Below are positions 9,540 through 19,238 of a DNA stretch of 64,000 bases, in pieces. The first letter of the stretch is position 1. Each line of letters starts with the position of its first letter. Both the position numbers and the translations under genes were made by a program. Source of the stretch: Mucilaginibacter sp. (GTDB lineage: Bacteria; Bacteroidota; Bacteroidia; Sphingobacteriales; Sphingobacteriaceae); assembly GCA_025352225.1 (NCBI GenBank), contig JANXTT010000153.1, positions 6,602-70,601 of the forward strand, given 5' to 3'. The notes beneath the pieces were generated by a model. The model made no database searches and had not been told where the DNA came from. It worked only from the letters and a program-made list of their open reading frames with translations.

Positions 9540-10103
9540 TTAACTTCCCGAAACTTGGTTCTCTAATTCAGCATACCATTCTTCGCCATATTTCCTTATC
9601 AGCGGCACTTTCAAAAATTCATGTACGCGTACCTGAAGCTCATCACCAAAACTGCAAGCAGGGCTGCATATGCTCCACCGATCATAATTTAAAACATCAA
9701 ATTCTGGATAGGTTGTAATACGAATAGGATATAAATGGCAGGATATAGGTTTTTGCCATTCAATGGCTCCATTTTCCCATGCCTTTTCAATGGCACATTT
9801 GGTAATGCCGTTTTCCCAAATAACGTAGGCGCATTCTTTATTTATATCAACGCAGGGAGTAGTATAATCACCTTCAAAATCCTTAACATAAGTACCCTCG
9901 CGTTCAATTGTTTGTATGCCTTTAGCCGTCATAAATGGCTTTACCTTAGGGTAAATCTCATTCAATATATCCAGTTCTGCTGCTTCTAAAGGGGCTCCTG
10001 AGTCGCCTTCGAGGCAACAGGCTCCCTTACATTTGTTAAGATTACACACAAAATTTTGCCTCACCACATCCTCATGCACCAGCGTATTCAGAACTTCTAT
10101 CAT
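9540..10103 (-). CDS. Cys-rich conserved hypothetical (recalled as DUF3109; CxxCxxCC-like metal-binding family)
   Basis: 187 aa with cysteine clusters CNLNKCKGACCLEG, TPCVDINKECAY, KCAIEKA, SCHLYP and CSPACSFG. Confidence 0.6.
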   Translation of the reverse strand: MIEVLNTLVHEDVVRQNFVCNLNKCKGACCLEGDSGAPLEAAELDILNEIYPKVKPFMTAKGIQTIEREGTYVKDFEGDYTTPCVDINKECAYVIWENGITKCAIEKAWENGAIEWQKPISCHLYPIRITTYPEFDVLNYDRWSICSPACSFGDELQVRVHEFLKVPLIRKYGEEWYAELENQVSGS

Positions 10104-10115
10104 TTTAATGTTTAG

Positions 10116-10886
10116 TTATTGGCTATTTAAGGGAAATTTCAACCCTTTAGCTTGCGTGAGGTCCATTGTTAGGCTTCCCACTACCACCTCTGCCTGGGCT
10201 TTTACAGGTATTCGGTTTTTATCATCAGTTATCCAAAGATAAAATCTACTGTCCTTTCTGAAAATATTTCCAGGTATAATTTCCGGGCTAAATTTAAGAC
10301 AATTAAATTTACCCATAGAACATTCTACGGTTTCTTTCCCAAAATAAGTTATGGTTAGAGCTTGTATTTTATCTTCTAAAAAATAATGGAAAGTGATTTT
10401 TTCGCCAACTTTTATCTTCGACATATCAAGGCAGCGGGCATAAAAGTAAGCTGATGGAAAATCAAATACCTTTCCCAAAAATGGAAATATACCTTTACTG
10501 GCGGTAATTTTGTTGTCCTCATGGTTAAATACTACATTATCAGTATGCCGATATTTACCTTCACGACGGTTCTCTCTATATAAATAAGGTAACAAGGTGG
10601 TGCAATCGATGAAAGACTCATAACGATTACGCACTTTGAAAAAAATATCGAAAGTTCCGGTTGTTTTTCCATCCGCAACTATACGGTAACTTGGCTTACC
10701 TTCAAATTTAGTATCAGAATTACTTACCTGCAAATCAGCTTCTGCAGCAGTAAATATGCCGTAATTAAACTTATAATGCAGATGCTCGCCGGGCTGGAAA
10801 GCAACTTGCCCGTCTTTATTGAGTTCTTGTGAAAACGTATTTGTGCTTATCAATATACATGCAAAAAGCAGAGTCCAGTGTTTCAT
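10116..10886 (-). CDS. secreted conserved hypothetical (recalled as DUF3108)
   Basis: Signal peptide MKHWTLLFACILISTNTFSQ follows the ATG at 10886. The ORF opens upstream at 10910. The remainder looks beta-rich. The family name is recalled, not searched. Confidence 0.55.
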   Translation of the reverse strand: MKHWTLLFACILISTNTFSQELNKDGQVAFQPGEHLHYKFNYGIFTAAEADLQVSNSDTKFEGKPSYRIVADGKTTGTFDIFFKVRNRYESFIDCTTLLPYLYRENRREGKYRHTDNVVFNHEDNKITASKGIFPFLGKVFDFPSAYFYARCLDMSKIKVGEKITFHYFLEDKIQALTITYFGKETVECSMGKFNCLKFSPEIIPGNIFRKDSRFYLWITDDKNRIPVKAQAEVVVGSLTMDLTQAKGLKFPLNSQ

Positions 10887-10918
10887 ATAGAAGGTAGTTA
10901 CAAAAAGCAATCCAAAGT

Positions 10919-11434
10919 TTAATCTTTTCTTTTATAGATAGGAACTGTTGAACATGGCTCGCCGTACATCAAGCTTTTTACCACCGGGGTTAAGCGTTTA
11001 GCTAATTCCACGTAGGCGGATTGAGGCACAGCGATATCACCACAACCTTTTATTACGATACGCTGATCACGGTATTGTTCAATATTTAACGCGTTTAACT
11101 CTTTTTCAAACAATATGGTTTCTAACGCAGCACTATCGCCAAACACAACCTCTCTGGCATACGGCGCCAGCCTATTGGCCAACAACATATAGGCCCAGGT
11201 GGGCACTATGGCATCTGCAGAGCAAGTTATACCAACATTTTTATTGCTGTATTGTTGCCAGTCATGATTTTTAACGAAATCGCGAAAGTCTTTTTCCCTC
11301 AACATTAAACCTTGAAATAAATTATCTTTAATGTCATATATAATACGTTCTCCTGGTGGGTAAAAATTAGCAGGGTCAATACTTACCAGTCCACTTTGAG
11401 CAACTTTATTTACTATGTTTTCTTGGATGTCCAT
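10919..11434 (-). CDS. conserved hypothetical (recalled as DUF2480)
   Basis: The ORF opens at TTG 11449 and the first ATG is at 11434 (MDIQENIVNKVAQSGLVSIDPANFYP...). The family name is recalled from Bacteroidota annotations. Confidence 0.55.
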   Translation of the reverse strand: MDIQENIVNKVAQSGLVSIDPANFYPPGERIIYDIKDNLFQGLMLREKDFRDFVKNHDWQQYSNKNVGITCSADAIVPTWAYMLLANRLAPYAREVVFGDSAALETILFEKELNALNIEQYRDQRIVIKGCGDIAVPQSAYVELAKRLTPVVKSLMYGEPCSTVPIYKRKD

Positions 11435-11443
11435 ATTTATATT

Positions 11444-11485
11444 AAACAAAAAATCCGGAAAAGGTTTAAACTACCTCGCCCGGAT
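11444..11485 (-). terminator. Probable rho-independent terminator after the ppiD-like gene
   Basis: On the minus-strand RNA: AUCCGG-gcg-AGGU-aguuuaa-ACCU-uuu-CCGGAU, followed by UUUUUGUUUAAU. This is an outer 6-bp stem plus an inner 4-bp stem. It lies between the ppiD stop (11508) and the next start (11434). Confidence 0.5.
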
Positions 11486-11507
11486 ACAAAATTACTTATT
11501 AAATTGA

Positions 11508-13625
11508 TTATAATATCTTCGATCTGTAATCTTTCACATGTGCTTTATTTTTCAATGCTTCTAATATTGAGCCCTCTGCACGTTGCAATAACGCCTGTCC
11601 GATTTGCTCTTTTTGACGTAAGGTATTAGTTAACGCCGGCGGATTAATAAAGCTATCTATTATATAAACATACACCCCTTTATCGCCTTCAATTGGTTTT
11701 GACAGCTTATTTGGTGCGGAACCAAATATAGAACCAACTAATTTATTTTCCTGGCCTCCGCCCGGAATTATAGGATTAGCAAAAACGATGTTTTGAACCG
11801 GTGTAACCTTCCCTCCTATTTTTTGAGCTACCTGATCTATAGAAGGGGCTCCACTAAGGGTACTTGAAAACTTATCTGTAAGTTGTTTTGCTTTAACCAT
11901 ATTTAAAACCATCGGCTGTATTTGCTTTTTAACAGCATCTAATGCTAATAATCCTTTAGGCTTAACCGCTGTTAAACGAGCAACAACATATTGATTGCCA
12001 GATTGATAAACCTGATCTGTAAAATCGCCCTTTTCAGCTTTGTTAAACACCCATCTAATCAAGTCGCGGGCGTTATCTAACCCTGCAATGCCCGAAGCAA
12101 CTCCATTAACATCTTCGGCAACTTTTTTAGTTAAACCCTCTTTTTTAACTTCGTTATCAAAATTATCTTTTGTTAATGATGCTAAAAACGCCTGAGCTTT
12201 TGAATAAGCTAAAGATTGTGTTTTGCTACTTGAGGTTAAAGGCTTATCAACTATTGCAACTTTTACAACTTTCGACGAACCTATTTGGTTTAAAATTTCA
12301 ATCAAATGAACACCGTATTGCGAAGTAACAATTTTAAAATCGCCTTTTGCGCCATTAAAAACGGCATCTTCAAAAACAGGAATCATTGCGCCCCTGCCAA
12401 AAGTACCTAAGTCGCCACCTTTAGCAGCAGATCCTTTATCCAATGAATTAGCTGCTGCCAGTTCTGCGAAAGTTTTTTTACCGCTTTGTATCATTTTTTT
12501 TAAGGAGTCGGCTTTTGCAAGTGCTTGTTTTACTCCACCACTTGATGCAATATCAAGCAAAATATGACGAGCTTTAACAGAATCAGGGCTGATGCGAGAA
12601 TCTATTAGCTTAGCTAATTTATAAGATCCGTTTGAAAAATATGGCCCATAAATATATCCTTTAGCTGCATTCAGCATTACTGTATCCAATTTGGGATCTA
12701 ATTGTCCTTTTTTCTGATAAACTATTGGTGCTTTTGTTTCAGCATTTACAGCAACAAAAAGCGAATCGCTGGCAGTAGATTTAAATTCAGGAATTAATTT
12801 TTCAACTTGTAGTTTTATAGCGGCCGAATCATCTTTTGATGGCGATGCATCAAAGGTTACATAATCAAAATCGCGTAACTCTTGCTTATTCTTAAACTGA
12901 TTTTTATGCTCTTCATAATAACTTTTATAATCATCATCAGTTAAGGTTATTTTGTTATCTGGAATTGATGAATAATCAATGTTTACGTATTTAAAATTTG
13001 CAAGCTTGTTTTTAGCCTCGTAATCATCTTTGGCATCTAAACTATTAACATACAATCCATTCTTAATTAATGTTAAATACTTTTCAAATCTTTTACTTTC
13101 AATTATTTGGGTGACGAAGGCCTTCCACTTCGGTTTCATGGGGTCATCCGCTTTTGCAGTTAGGAGATTACGTAAAAATACGTCGCGCTGCGCCCTGTCA
13201 AACTCTCCTGTTTGTCTGTTAGTAAATGCCTGTACAATTTGACGGTCAGGGTTTGGGCCACTGATCAGCGCATTGGCTTCTGTTTCACCTACTACTAACC
13301 CGGTTTTGTCAATTTCTTTTTTTAGTATGACCTTACTAACCATTTGGTTCCACGTAGTTTCTTGAACGTAGCTTAAAATTTGTGGACTTACACTTGATTG
13401 ACCTGATTGTTGTTTGAATTGAGCCGAATTTTGCTCAACGCTGGTATTAAAATCCGCATAAGGAATTTTTTCTCCGTCAACTTCCCCAACATCATTTCCA
13501 GAGCCTTTCATCATTGAGCCACTATAATGAATTACTTCACCTACAATAAATGCAAAAAGCGCAAGGCCTATAACCACGGCTACTATTTTCCCAAACCGTT
13601 CGCGCAAAAAACCCATTATACCCAT
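11508..13625 (-). CDS. periplasmic chaperone / peptidyl-prolyl isomerase, PpiD/SurA-like
   Basis: 705 aa. N-terminal membrane anchor (FGKIVAVVIGLALFAFIVGEVI). Central parvulin-type segment (VKARHILLDIASSGG ... GGDLGTFGRGAMIPVFEDAVF). Confidence 0.8.
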   Translation of the reverse strand: MGIMGFLRERFGKIVAVVIGLALFAFIVGEVIHYSGSMMKGSGNDVGEVDGEKIPYADFNTSVEQNSAQFKQQSGQSSVSPQILSYVQETTWNQMVSKVILKKEIDKTGLVVGETEANALISGPNPDRQIVQAFTNRQTGEFDRAQRDVFLRNLLTAKADDPMKPKWKAFVTQIIESKRFEKYLTLIKNGLYVNSLDAKDDYEAKNKLANFKYVNIDYSSIPDNKITLTDDDYKSYYEEHKNQFKNKQELRDFDYVTFDASPSKDDSAAIKLQVEKLIPEFKSTASDSLFVAVNAETKAPIVYQKKGQLDPKLDTVMLNAAKGYIYGPYFSNGSYKLAKLIDSRISPDSVKARHILLDIASSGGVKQALAKADSLKKMIQSGKKTFAELAAANSLDKGSAAKGGDLGTFGRGAMIPVFEDAVFNGAKGDFKIVTSQYGVHLIEILNQIGSSKVVKVAIVDKPLTSSSKTQSLAYSKAQAFLASLTKDNFDNEVKKEGLTKKVAEDVNGVASGIAGLDNARDLIRWVFNKAEKGDFTDQVYQSGNQYVVARLTAVKPKGLLALDAVKKQIQPMVLNMVKAKQLTDKFSSTLSGAPSIDQVAQKIGGKVTPVQNIVFANPIIPGGGQENKLVGSIFGSAPNKLSKPIEGDKGVYVYIIDSFINPPALTNTLRQKEQIGQALLQRAEGSILEALKNKAHVKDYRSKIL

Positions 13626-13724
13626 ACAAAATCTATATTTATATTATTCAAAAAGAGCGCGCAAGATACAACTTTTGATAAAAATTTATAATACAATTTT
13701 TAGTGTATAAATTTGTATAAAAAA

Positions 13725-14303
13725 TCATTGTCCTAACTTGCCATTTGTAACAATGTCACCTTTACCACTATTAGTACTGTAATCAGAAAAATCGTCGTTG
13801 CTTTTAAAGTAGGTTCCGGTTAAAGCCGTTCCGTCTACTTTATTCATTTGCCATTGTTTTGTTGTAAAAACTACTTTTTTTTCCCGATCATAAATTAATT
13901 CATCAGATTTAAAAGTATCACCCTTATTGGTACTAACTACAACATTTTTTCTGAATTCAATAAGCTTGTCCGTATTTTGGGTTATAGCATAATCGGCAAC
14001 AATGGTATTCGTTATTTCTAATTTAGCGTTATAAACATACATTTTTACACCCTTAGGCATTTCTTTATATGGTTTTTTGGCTTTATCATAAGTTAACATT
14101 AATGGTGTTAACACTCGGAATTTAACCTTCGCCGAATCGCTATAAATAACTTCCACGCCTGTTGTCGTATCAGCAAGGCTGTTTACTTCTTTCGCAGAAA
14201 TCTCCTGTACTTTTTTTAAATCATTTTCACACGCGGGTAACAGCAACACGATGAGCAATGCAGGCAACAATAAACTGATCAATAATTTTGCCTGCCTTAG
14301 CAT
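13725..14303 (-). CDS. lptC: LPS export system protein LptC-like
   Basis: 192 aa. N-terminal anchor/lipobox-like LLLPACEND and a beta-rich OstA/LptC-like body. Its position next to the PpiD-like chaperone is typical for Bacteroidota lptC. The call is from recall. Confidence 0.65.
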   Translation of the reverse strand: MLRQAKLLISLLLPALLIVLLLPACENDLKKVQEISAKEVNSLADTTTGVEVIYSDSAKVKFRVLTPLMLTYDKAKKPYKEMPKGVKMYVYNAKLEITNTIVADYAITQNTDKLIEFRKNVVVSTNKGDTFKSDELIYDREKKVVFTTKQWQMNKVDGTALTGTYFKSNDDFSDYSTNSGKGDIVTNGKLGQ

Positions 14304-14312
14304 ATTGAAACA

Positions 14313-15650
14313 TTAATCAAATTTATATTTCTGAAACCATTTATCATTGATGGTAAATCCTATATGAAAGTTGTAATAGTTCTCACGTACCAGGTTATTC
14401 TCCAAATTACCTCTTCGCCCAATTTCTGCAGATATATTGATTTTGTAAAAACTTGTACGCCTGTCATTAGGAATAGGTAGGCCCAGGCCAAATGTACCTG
14501 CATATTGATTAATGTCATTCCCATTAACGTTGATGTAAGTTTTATCATATTTAAAACCAACACGATAATCAACAACCGCCCAATAGTTTGATAAGGCATT
14601 TATATTAGGGGTTATCTGTCCGCCTATAGCTAAACTTTGATTATCATGTAAACCTGCATTGGCATCACCCATAGTCAGGGTTGACCATTGACCCATTTTA
14701 TAATCTACACCTATTAAAAATTTATTATCTTTTTGGTAGGTAATGCCAAAACGATTTATCATAGGTAAATTAATTTTGCCATGAGTTTGTTCATTACGGG
14801 TACTATCTCGCGCAATATTGGGGGTATTGGTACCGTCAGAACTAAGTGTGTAATGACTAACTACAAAGTTACTTGTAGTGTTTAGATTTGAACTTGCTGA
14901 TCCTGAATACCCAAGTGTAAACCTTGACCCTTCATTAACATCAATAGTGTACTGAATACCATAATCATAATTTAAACCGCCAGCGCTAAATCCATTTTCA
15001 ACCTTTGTATTTAATATGTTTAAGAGTTCAGGAAACTCGGTAGATCTTACTTGCTTTTCATTACCAAAAACGTATGCAATATTAAATCCCAAACTTATAT
15101 GTTTACCAAGCCCAAAGCCATAGCCAATATAAGCCTTAGATAAGCCTCCTTCGCCAAAATATTTGTAGTTAGCAACGGTACTAGTGTCTTTACCACCCGA
15201 ATATTGATTGTTAATAGGCTGTGATATGACTTGCCTATAGCTGTAACCTAAATTACTATAAGGCAATAAACCAAAACTTAAAGCAGAACGTTTACTAACA
15301 GGCACGGCAAAAGCTAAATGGCCCAACCTGAAATTGCTACTTGTTTGGGGGCCGATGTTTGTTTTACTTAATGAGGTAAAGCCTGCAAATGCGCCAACAT
15401 CTATTGTGGTTAAAGTAATGTAACTATATGCTGCGGGGTTAACAACATTGATATCATTAAACCCACCTGTTTTATTTGTGGCTACTCCCATGCCTCCCAT
15501 ACCGCGGCTTTGGGGTAATAAAGGGTCTTCATAATCACCTATCCCATATTTTGAATATGGTGAACTTGTAGTAGCCGTAGTTTGCGCAATTGAACTTAAT
15601 GCCGTGGCAGAAAATAAAACTACAAAAAAATATTTGGTATAATTAGTCAT
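14313..15650 (-). CDS. outer-membrane beta-barrel protein, function unknown
   Basis: 445 aa. Signal peptide (FFVVLFSATALSSIAQ), an SPYSKYGIGD motif, alternating beta-strand pattern rich in G/Y/N, and an aromatic C-terminus ending ...KYKFD. Confidence 0.6.
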   Translation of the reverse strand: MTNYTKYFFVVLFSATALSSIAQTTATTSSPYSKYGIGDYEDPLLPQSRGMGGMGVATNKTGGFNDINVVNPAAYSYITLTTIDVGAFAGFTSLSKTNIGPQTSSNFRLGHLAFAVPVSKRSALSFGLLPYSNLGYSYRQVISQPINNQYSGGKDTSTVANYKYFGEGGLSKAYIGYGFGLGKHISLGFNIAYVFGNEKQVRSTEFPELLNILNTKVENGFSAGGLNYDYGIQYTIDVNEGSRFTLGYSGSASSNLNTTSNFVVSHYTLSSDGTNTPNIARDSTRNEQTHGKINLPMINRFGITYQKDNKFLIGVDYKMGQWSTLTMGDANAGLHDNQSLAIGGQITPNINALSNYWAVVDYRVGFKYDKTYINVNGNDINQYAGTFGLGLPIPNDRRTSFYKINISAEIGRRGNLENNLVRENYYNFHIGFTINDKWFQKYKFD

Positions 15651-16389
15651 TATGTTGCTGTATAACTGCGTTTAATCCTTTAAGAACCAAATATGGTTCA
15701 AGTTTTACATAAGGGGCAAAGATGCTATTTTTCAATAGAGTATCAAAAAAAATCGCATCGCCACCACTTAGCAAAATATTTAGTTCATTGTTTGCTTTAA
15801 AGCAGGCCTCAATAAAGCCTATAATTTCAAAGTTAATGCCATTTTGCACACCCGACCGTATGGCCGATGGCGTATCATATCCAAAAGCATTGTTAAACTC
15901 AATATCAGTTTCAATAAGCGGCAACAAAGCAGTATAATTATTTAATGCCTTGTAACGCATATTTAATCCTGGCGATATGCTACCGCCAAAATAATTTCCT
16001 CCTTTATCAACCCAATCATAAGTAATACATGTACCTGCATCTATAACCATATTACCTTTTTCGGGATAGAGCGAGTAAGCCCCTGCAATGGCAGCTAAAC
16101 GATCCAAACCAAGGGTTTGTGGCGTATGGTAATGATTATTAATTGATGATGGCATATCAGCATTAAACTTAACCAATGGTAGGCGATCACTTATATATAA
16201 CTCCCAGTTTTGCGCCTGTTGATTATTAACTGACGATACAATGGCTTTACCTGGTTTATACTTCGTTAATATCTGATTTATAATTTCATCATCAATATTG
16301 CTATAGCTTTGTACCCACAACAACTCATCAATATCAAAAATTGCTGCTTTAGTATAAGAATTACCAATATCAATTACCAGATTAGCCAT
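15643..16389 (-). CDS. coaX: type III pantothenate kinase
   Basis: MANLVIDIGNSYTKAAIF ... LGLDRLAAIAGA ... VIDAGTCITYD are the CoaX (Bvg accessory factor family) ATPase motifs. 248 aa. Confidence 0.9.
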   Translation of the reverse strand: MANLVIDIGNSYTKAAIFDIDELLWVQSYSNIDDEIINQILTKYKPGKAIVSSVNNQQAQNWELYISDRLPLVKFNADMPSSINNHYHTPQTLGLDRLAAIAGAYSLYPEKGNMVIDAGTCITYDWVDKGGNYFGGSISPGLNMRYKALNNYTALLPLIETDIEFNNAFGYDTPSAIRSGVQNGINFEIIGFIEACFKANNELNILLSGGDAIFFDTLLKNSIFAPYVKLEPYLVLKGLNAVIQQHND

Positions 16390-17081
16390 CAGGCTTTAAC
16401 AAACGATAGAATTGATTCAAAAATTGCAATCCCATCCTCATTAGCTACCAAACTATCCGAAGCGCGCTCGGGGTGGGGCATCATGCCAAAAACATTACGC
16501 CCGGCATTACATATACCTGCTATATTCTCTAGTGACCCGTTAGGGTTTGATGAGGAAGTGATATAACCACTAGCATCGCAATAGCGAAAAAGTACCTGAT
16601 CATTATCGTTTAACATTTTCAAGGTATCTGCATCAGCAAAAAAATTACCTTCACCATGTGCAATCGGAATTTTTAATGCCTTGGACGGATCTACCTGTGA
16701 GGTGAGCAAAGAGTTGGATGTTTGTGCTTTAAGGTATATATTATTACAAATAAATTTACGGCTTGGGTTATGTAACAAGGCTCCGGGTACCAACCCAGCT
16801 TCGACTAATATTTGAAAACCGTTACATATACCCCATACATAGCCCCCTTTTGCTGCAAATTGTATTACTTCCTGCATGATGGGCGAAAAGCGCGCTATTG
16901 CGCCCGAGCGCAGATAGTCGCCAAAAGAAAACCCACCTGGCAAAACTACAAAATCAACATTTTGCAAATCATGGTCTTTATGCCACAGGCGAATAACCTG
17001 TTGGCCCATTATATTCTCCAATACATGTATGATATCTTCATCGCAATTGGAGCCTGGAAAAATGACTACACCGAACTTCAT
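16389..17081 (-). CDS. purQ: phosphoribosylformylglycinamidine synthase subunit PurQ
   Basis: MKFGVVIFPGSNCDEDI ... LPGGFSFGDYLR ... GICNGFQIL ... MMPHPER are glutaminase triad motifs. 230 aa. Confidence 0.95.
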   Translation of the reverse strand: MKFGVVIFPGSNCDEDIIHVLENIMGQQVIRLWHKDHDLQNVDFVVLPGGFSFGDYLRSGAIARFSPIMQEVIQFAAKGGYVWGICNGFQILVEAGLVPGALLHNPSRKFICNNIYLKAQTSNSLLTSQVDPSKALKIPIAHGEGNFFADADTLKMLNDNDQVLFRYCDASGYITSSSNPNGSLENIAGICNAGRNVFGMMPHPERASDSLVANEDGIAIFESILSFVKA

Positions 17082-17136
17082 GCTACAAAACTAACACAAG
17101 CAGGCACATTTACACGAAACTAAAAGTTAAATTTTG

Positions 17137-18123
17137 TTAAAGCGGAGCTATTTGGAAGTAAATAATGCAAATTAACAGCAAAAAATACAATGATTCGTAA
17201 AACCAGCGCTTATTTGCATATAAAAAATAATATGCAAAAATGATGGCTGCAGGTACAGCACAGAGCATAAAGTGGCTTAATCTAAAATTTTCTTTTACGT
17301 AAAATGATAGCAAAGCAATCAGAAATATAAAAGCAAGTAACTGGAATGACTTGCGCATTTGAACGTAACTCTTAAAAAAATTTTGACGAATCCGGAAAAA
17401 CGCCAGTATAAAAATCAGGATAACAGGGATGAGCACAAGATAATGGTAATAATTGAAATTGATTTGGCTGGGAAAACTACTTCCTAAAGGCAACCATATG
17501 GTATAAAATTGATCAATACGATTATTCCAAAAATAAAAAACGGCCAGGAAAAAGAAAATAGTTATAAAGCCCATCAGTACAGCCATCCATTCGCGCCAGT
17601 TAAACGTCCGAAAAATAACCAAACCTATCAATACAGCTAAAAACATATAGATATAAGGGAAATATATTAATGTCCCCATAGCCACAATCATACCCAAATC
17701 ATAAGCGGTAGTGTTTGCACTTCCATCTCTATAAAAGCTAAACAGTTTATCGATCATCCATAAAACTAAAAAATTACAAATAAGCGGAGGACTAAGCGTT
17801 AAAAACGGTACAAATAAACCTGATATGGTAATGTACATTAATGCGGGTAAAAAAGTTGGTTTACCAAGTAAATTGTACTTATTAATAATTTGATTTAGCC
17901 ACAACGATTGTATAAAAACTAACACGCCTGCAACAAATAAATTACCCACAGGAGTAAAAACATGTTCATAAGCTACCGGAATAAGCAGGCGTGCAAAAGG
18001 TTCAACAAAAGTAAATTCAGCATTATCAGGCAGGCGCCCGATATAACCAACACGTATCAAAATCAAAAACACGCCAAGCCAAAGTATATTTAGCGGGTTT
18101 AACATTCTAAAAACGTTGATCAT
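17137..18123 (-). CDS. polytopic integral membrane protein, function unknown
   Basis: 328 aa. Very hydrophobic, with at least 8 predicted TM segments and rich in F/L/I/Y. I recognise no catalytic motif. Confidence 0.6.
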   Translation of the reverse strand: MINVFRMLNPLNILWLGVFLILIRVGYIGRLPDNAEFTFVEPFARLLIPVAYEHVFTPVGNLFVAGVLVFIQSLWLNQIINKYNLLGKPTFLPALMYITISGLFVPFLTLSPPLICNFLVLWMIDKLFSFYRDGSANTTAYDLGMIVAMGTLIYFPYIYMFLAVLIGLVIFRTFNWREWMAVLMGFITIFFFLAVFYFWNNRIDQFYTIWLPLGSSFPSQINFNYYHYLVLIPVILIFILAFFRIRQNFFKSYVQMRKSFQLLAFIFLIALLSFYVKENFRLSHFMLCAVPAAIIFAYYFLYANKRWFYESLYFLLLICIIYFQIAPL

Positions 18124-18211
18124 AAAGTAAACTGATTTGGAAACAATATTAACAGAAAAACGGCAAAGCTAAAAACGGTATAAGAGACAATTATTTATAC
18201 TGGAACAGCCT

Positions 18212-19195
18212 CTATCGCCCATATTTATGGACCATGTTTTCAATAATACTAGCTGTTTCATCAGGAAAGTTTACTTTTATCAAACGATCGTCCTCTACCC
18301 ATTTTTTAATTTCTTTTACAAAGTCGGACCCTACCTCGTTTATTACAGGCACGCCTAATTTTGATGCAGCAAGGGCATTACATTGTTGTTCGTACTGATC
18401 CTTCATCGGGATCATTAATACCTTTTTTTGCAAATAGAGCGCTTCGGCGGGGCCCTCAAAACCACCACCGGTTAACAACCCTGCGCAATTTGCCATACTA
18501 AAATTAAAAGCCTCATTATTTACCGGGTTCACTTTTACGTTACCTTCCTGATAACTTGTTTTTTGCCGTTTAGAAAAAATTTGCCAGGGCACGTCTACTT
18601 GTTTTAAATACTTAACCAATGTACGGTCATCATAAGCTGGTAAATACACCGTATAATGTCCCATATTACCCGCTTGTAAATTGCGTATTTCACTTCGGAT
18701 TACCGGGGTATTGATAAAATCGTCATATCGGTCAAAATGAAAACCAATATGATAATCTGTAGGCGAATAATATTTTAAAAGCAGTTCGGCAAAATTCCAT
18801 TTTCCCGGCCGTGGTGTTTTTGGTGATACAAATGAGCATTGGTGACTCAATGAAACCGATTTTACTTTTTGTAAACGGCAGGCCCAAGCTGTTACAGGCT
18901 CAAAATCATTAACAATTAAATCGTATTGTTTTAGCGGGATGGCATGCATATCTCGCCATAATTGGCGCAGGTTCATTATTTTGTAAGTTGCCCATTTATC
19001 AACTCCGCCCTTAAGGCCGAATACAAAACTAAATCCGTGAAAACGGTATTTAATGGCTTGTGATAATGCCATTTCGGCTTCGGTACCGCTTATTAGAAGA
19101 TCTATATCCCCAAACTTTTGCAACAAGGGTACAACTTCGCGCGCACGGCTGATGTGGCCATTGCCTGTTCCCTGTATCGCGTATAATATTTTCAT
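18212..19195 (-). CDS. glycosyltransferase family protein (MJ1255/GT-B-like)
   Basis: MKILYAIQGTGNGHISRAREV is a typical N-terminus for this uncharacterised GT-B family. C-terminal ...LLTGGGFEGPAEALYLQKKVLMIPM... matches a nucleotide-sugar binding half. The ATG is at 19195 and the ORF opens at 19228. Confidence 0.75.
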   Translation of the reverse strand: MKILYAIQGTGNGHISRAREVVPLLQKFGDIDLLISGTEAEMALSQAIKYRFHGFSFVFGLKGGVDKWATYKIMNLRQLWRDMHAIPLKQYDLIVNDFEPVTAWACRLQKVKSVSLSHQCSFVSPKTPRPGKWNFAELLLKYYSPTDYHIGFHFDRYDDFINTPVIRSEIRNLQAGNMGHYTVYLPAYDDRTLVKYLKQVDVPWQIFSKRQKTSYQEGNVKVNPVNNEAFNFSMANCAGLLTGGGFEGPAEALYLQKKVLMIPMKDQYEQQCNALAASKLGVPVINEVGSDFVKEIKKWVEDDRLIKVNFPDETASIIENMVHKYGR

Positions 19196-19238
19196 AGATG
19201 TATTCAAAAACAGCACAAAGATAGGCACCTTTATTTAA

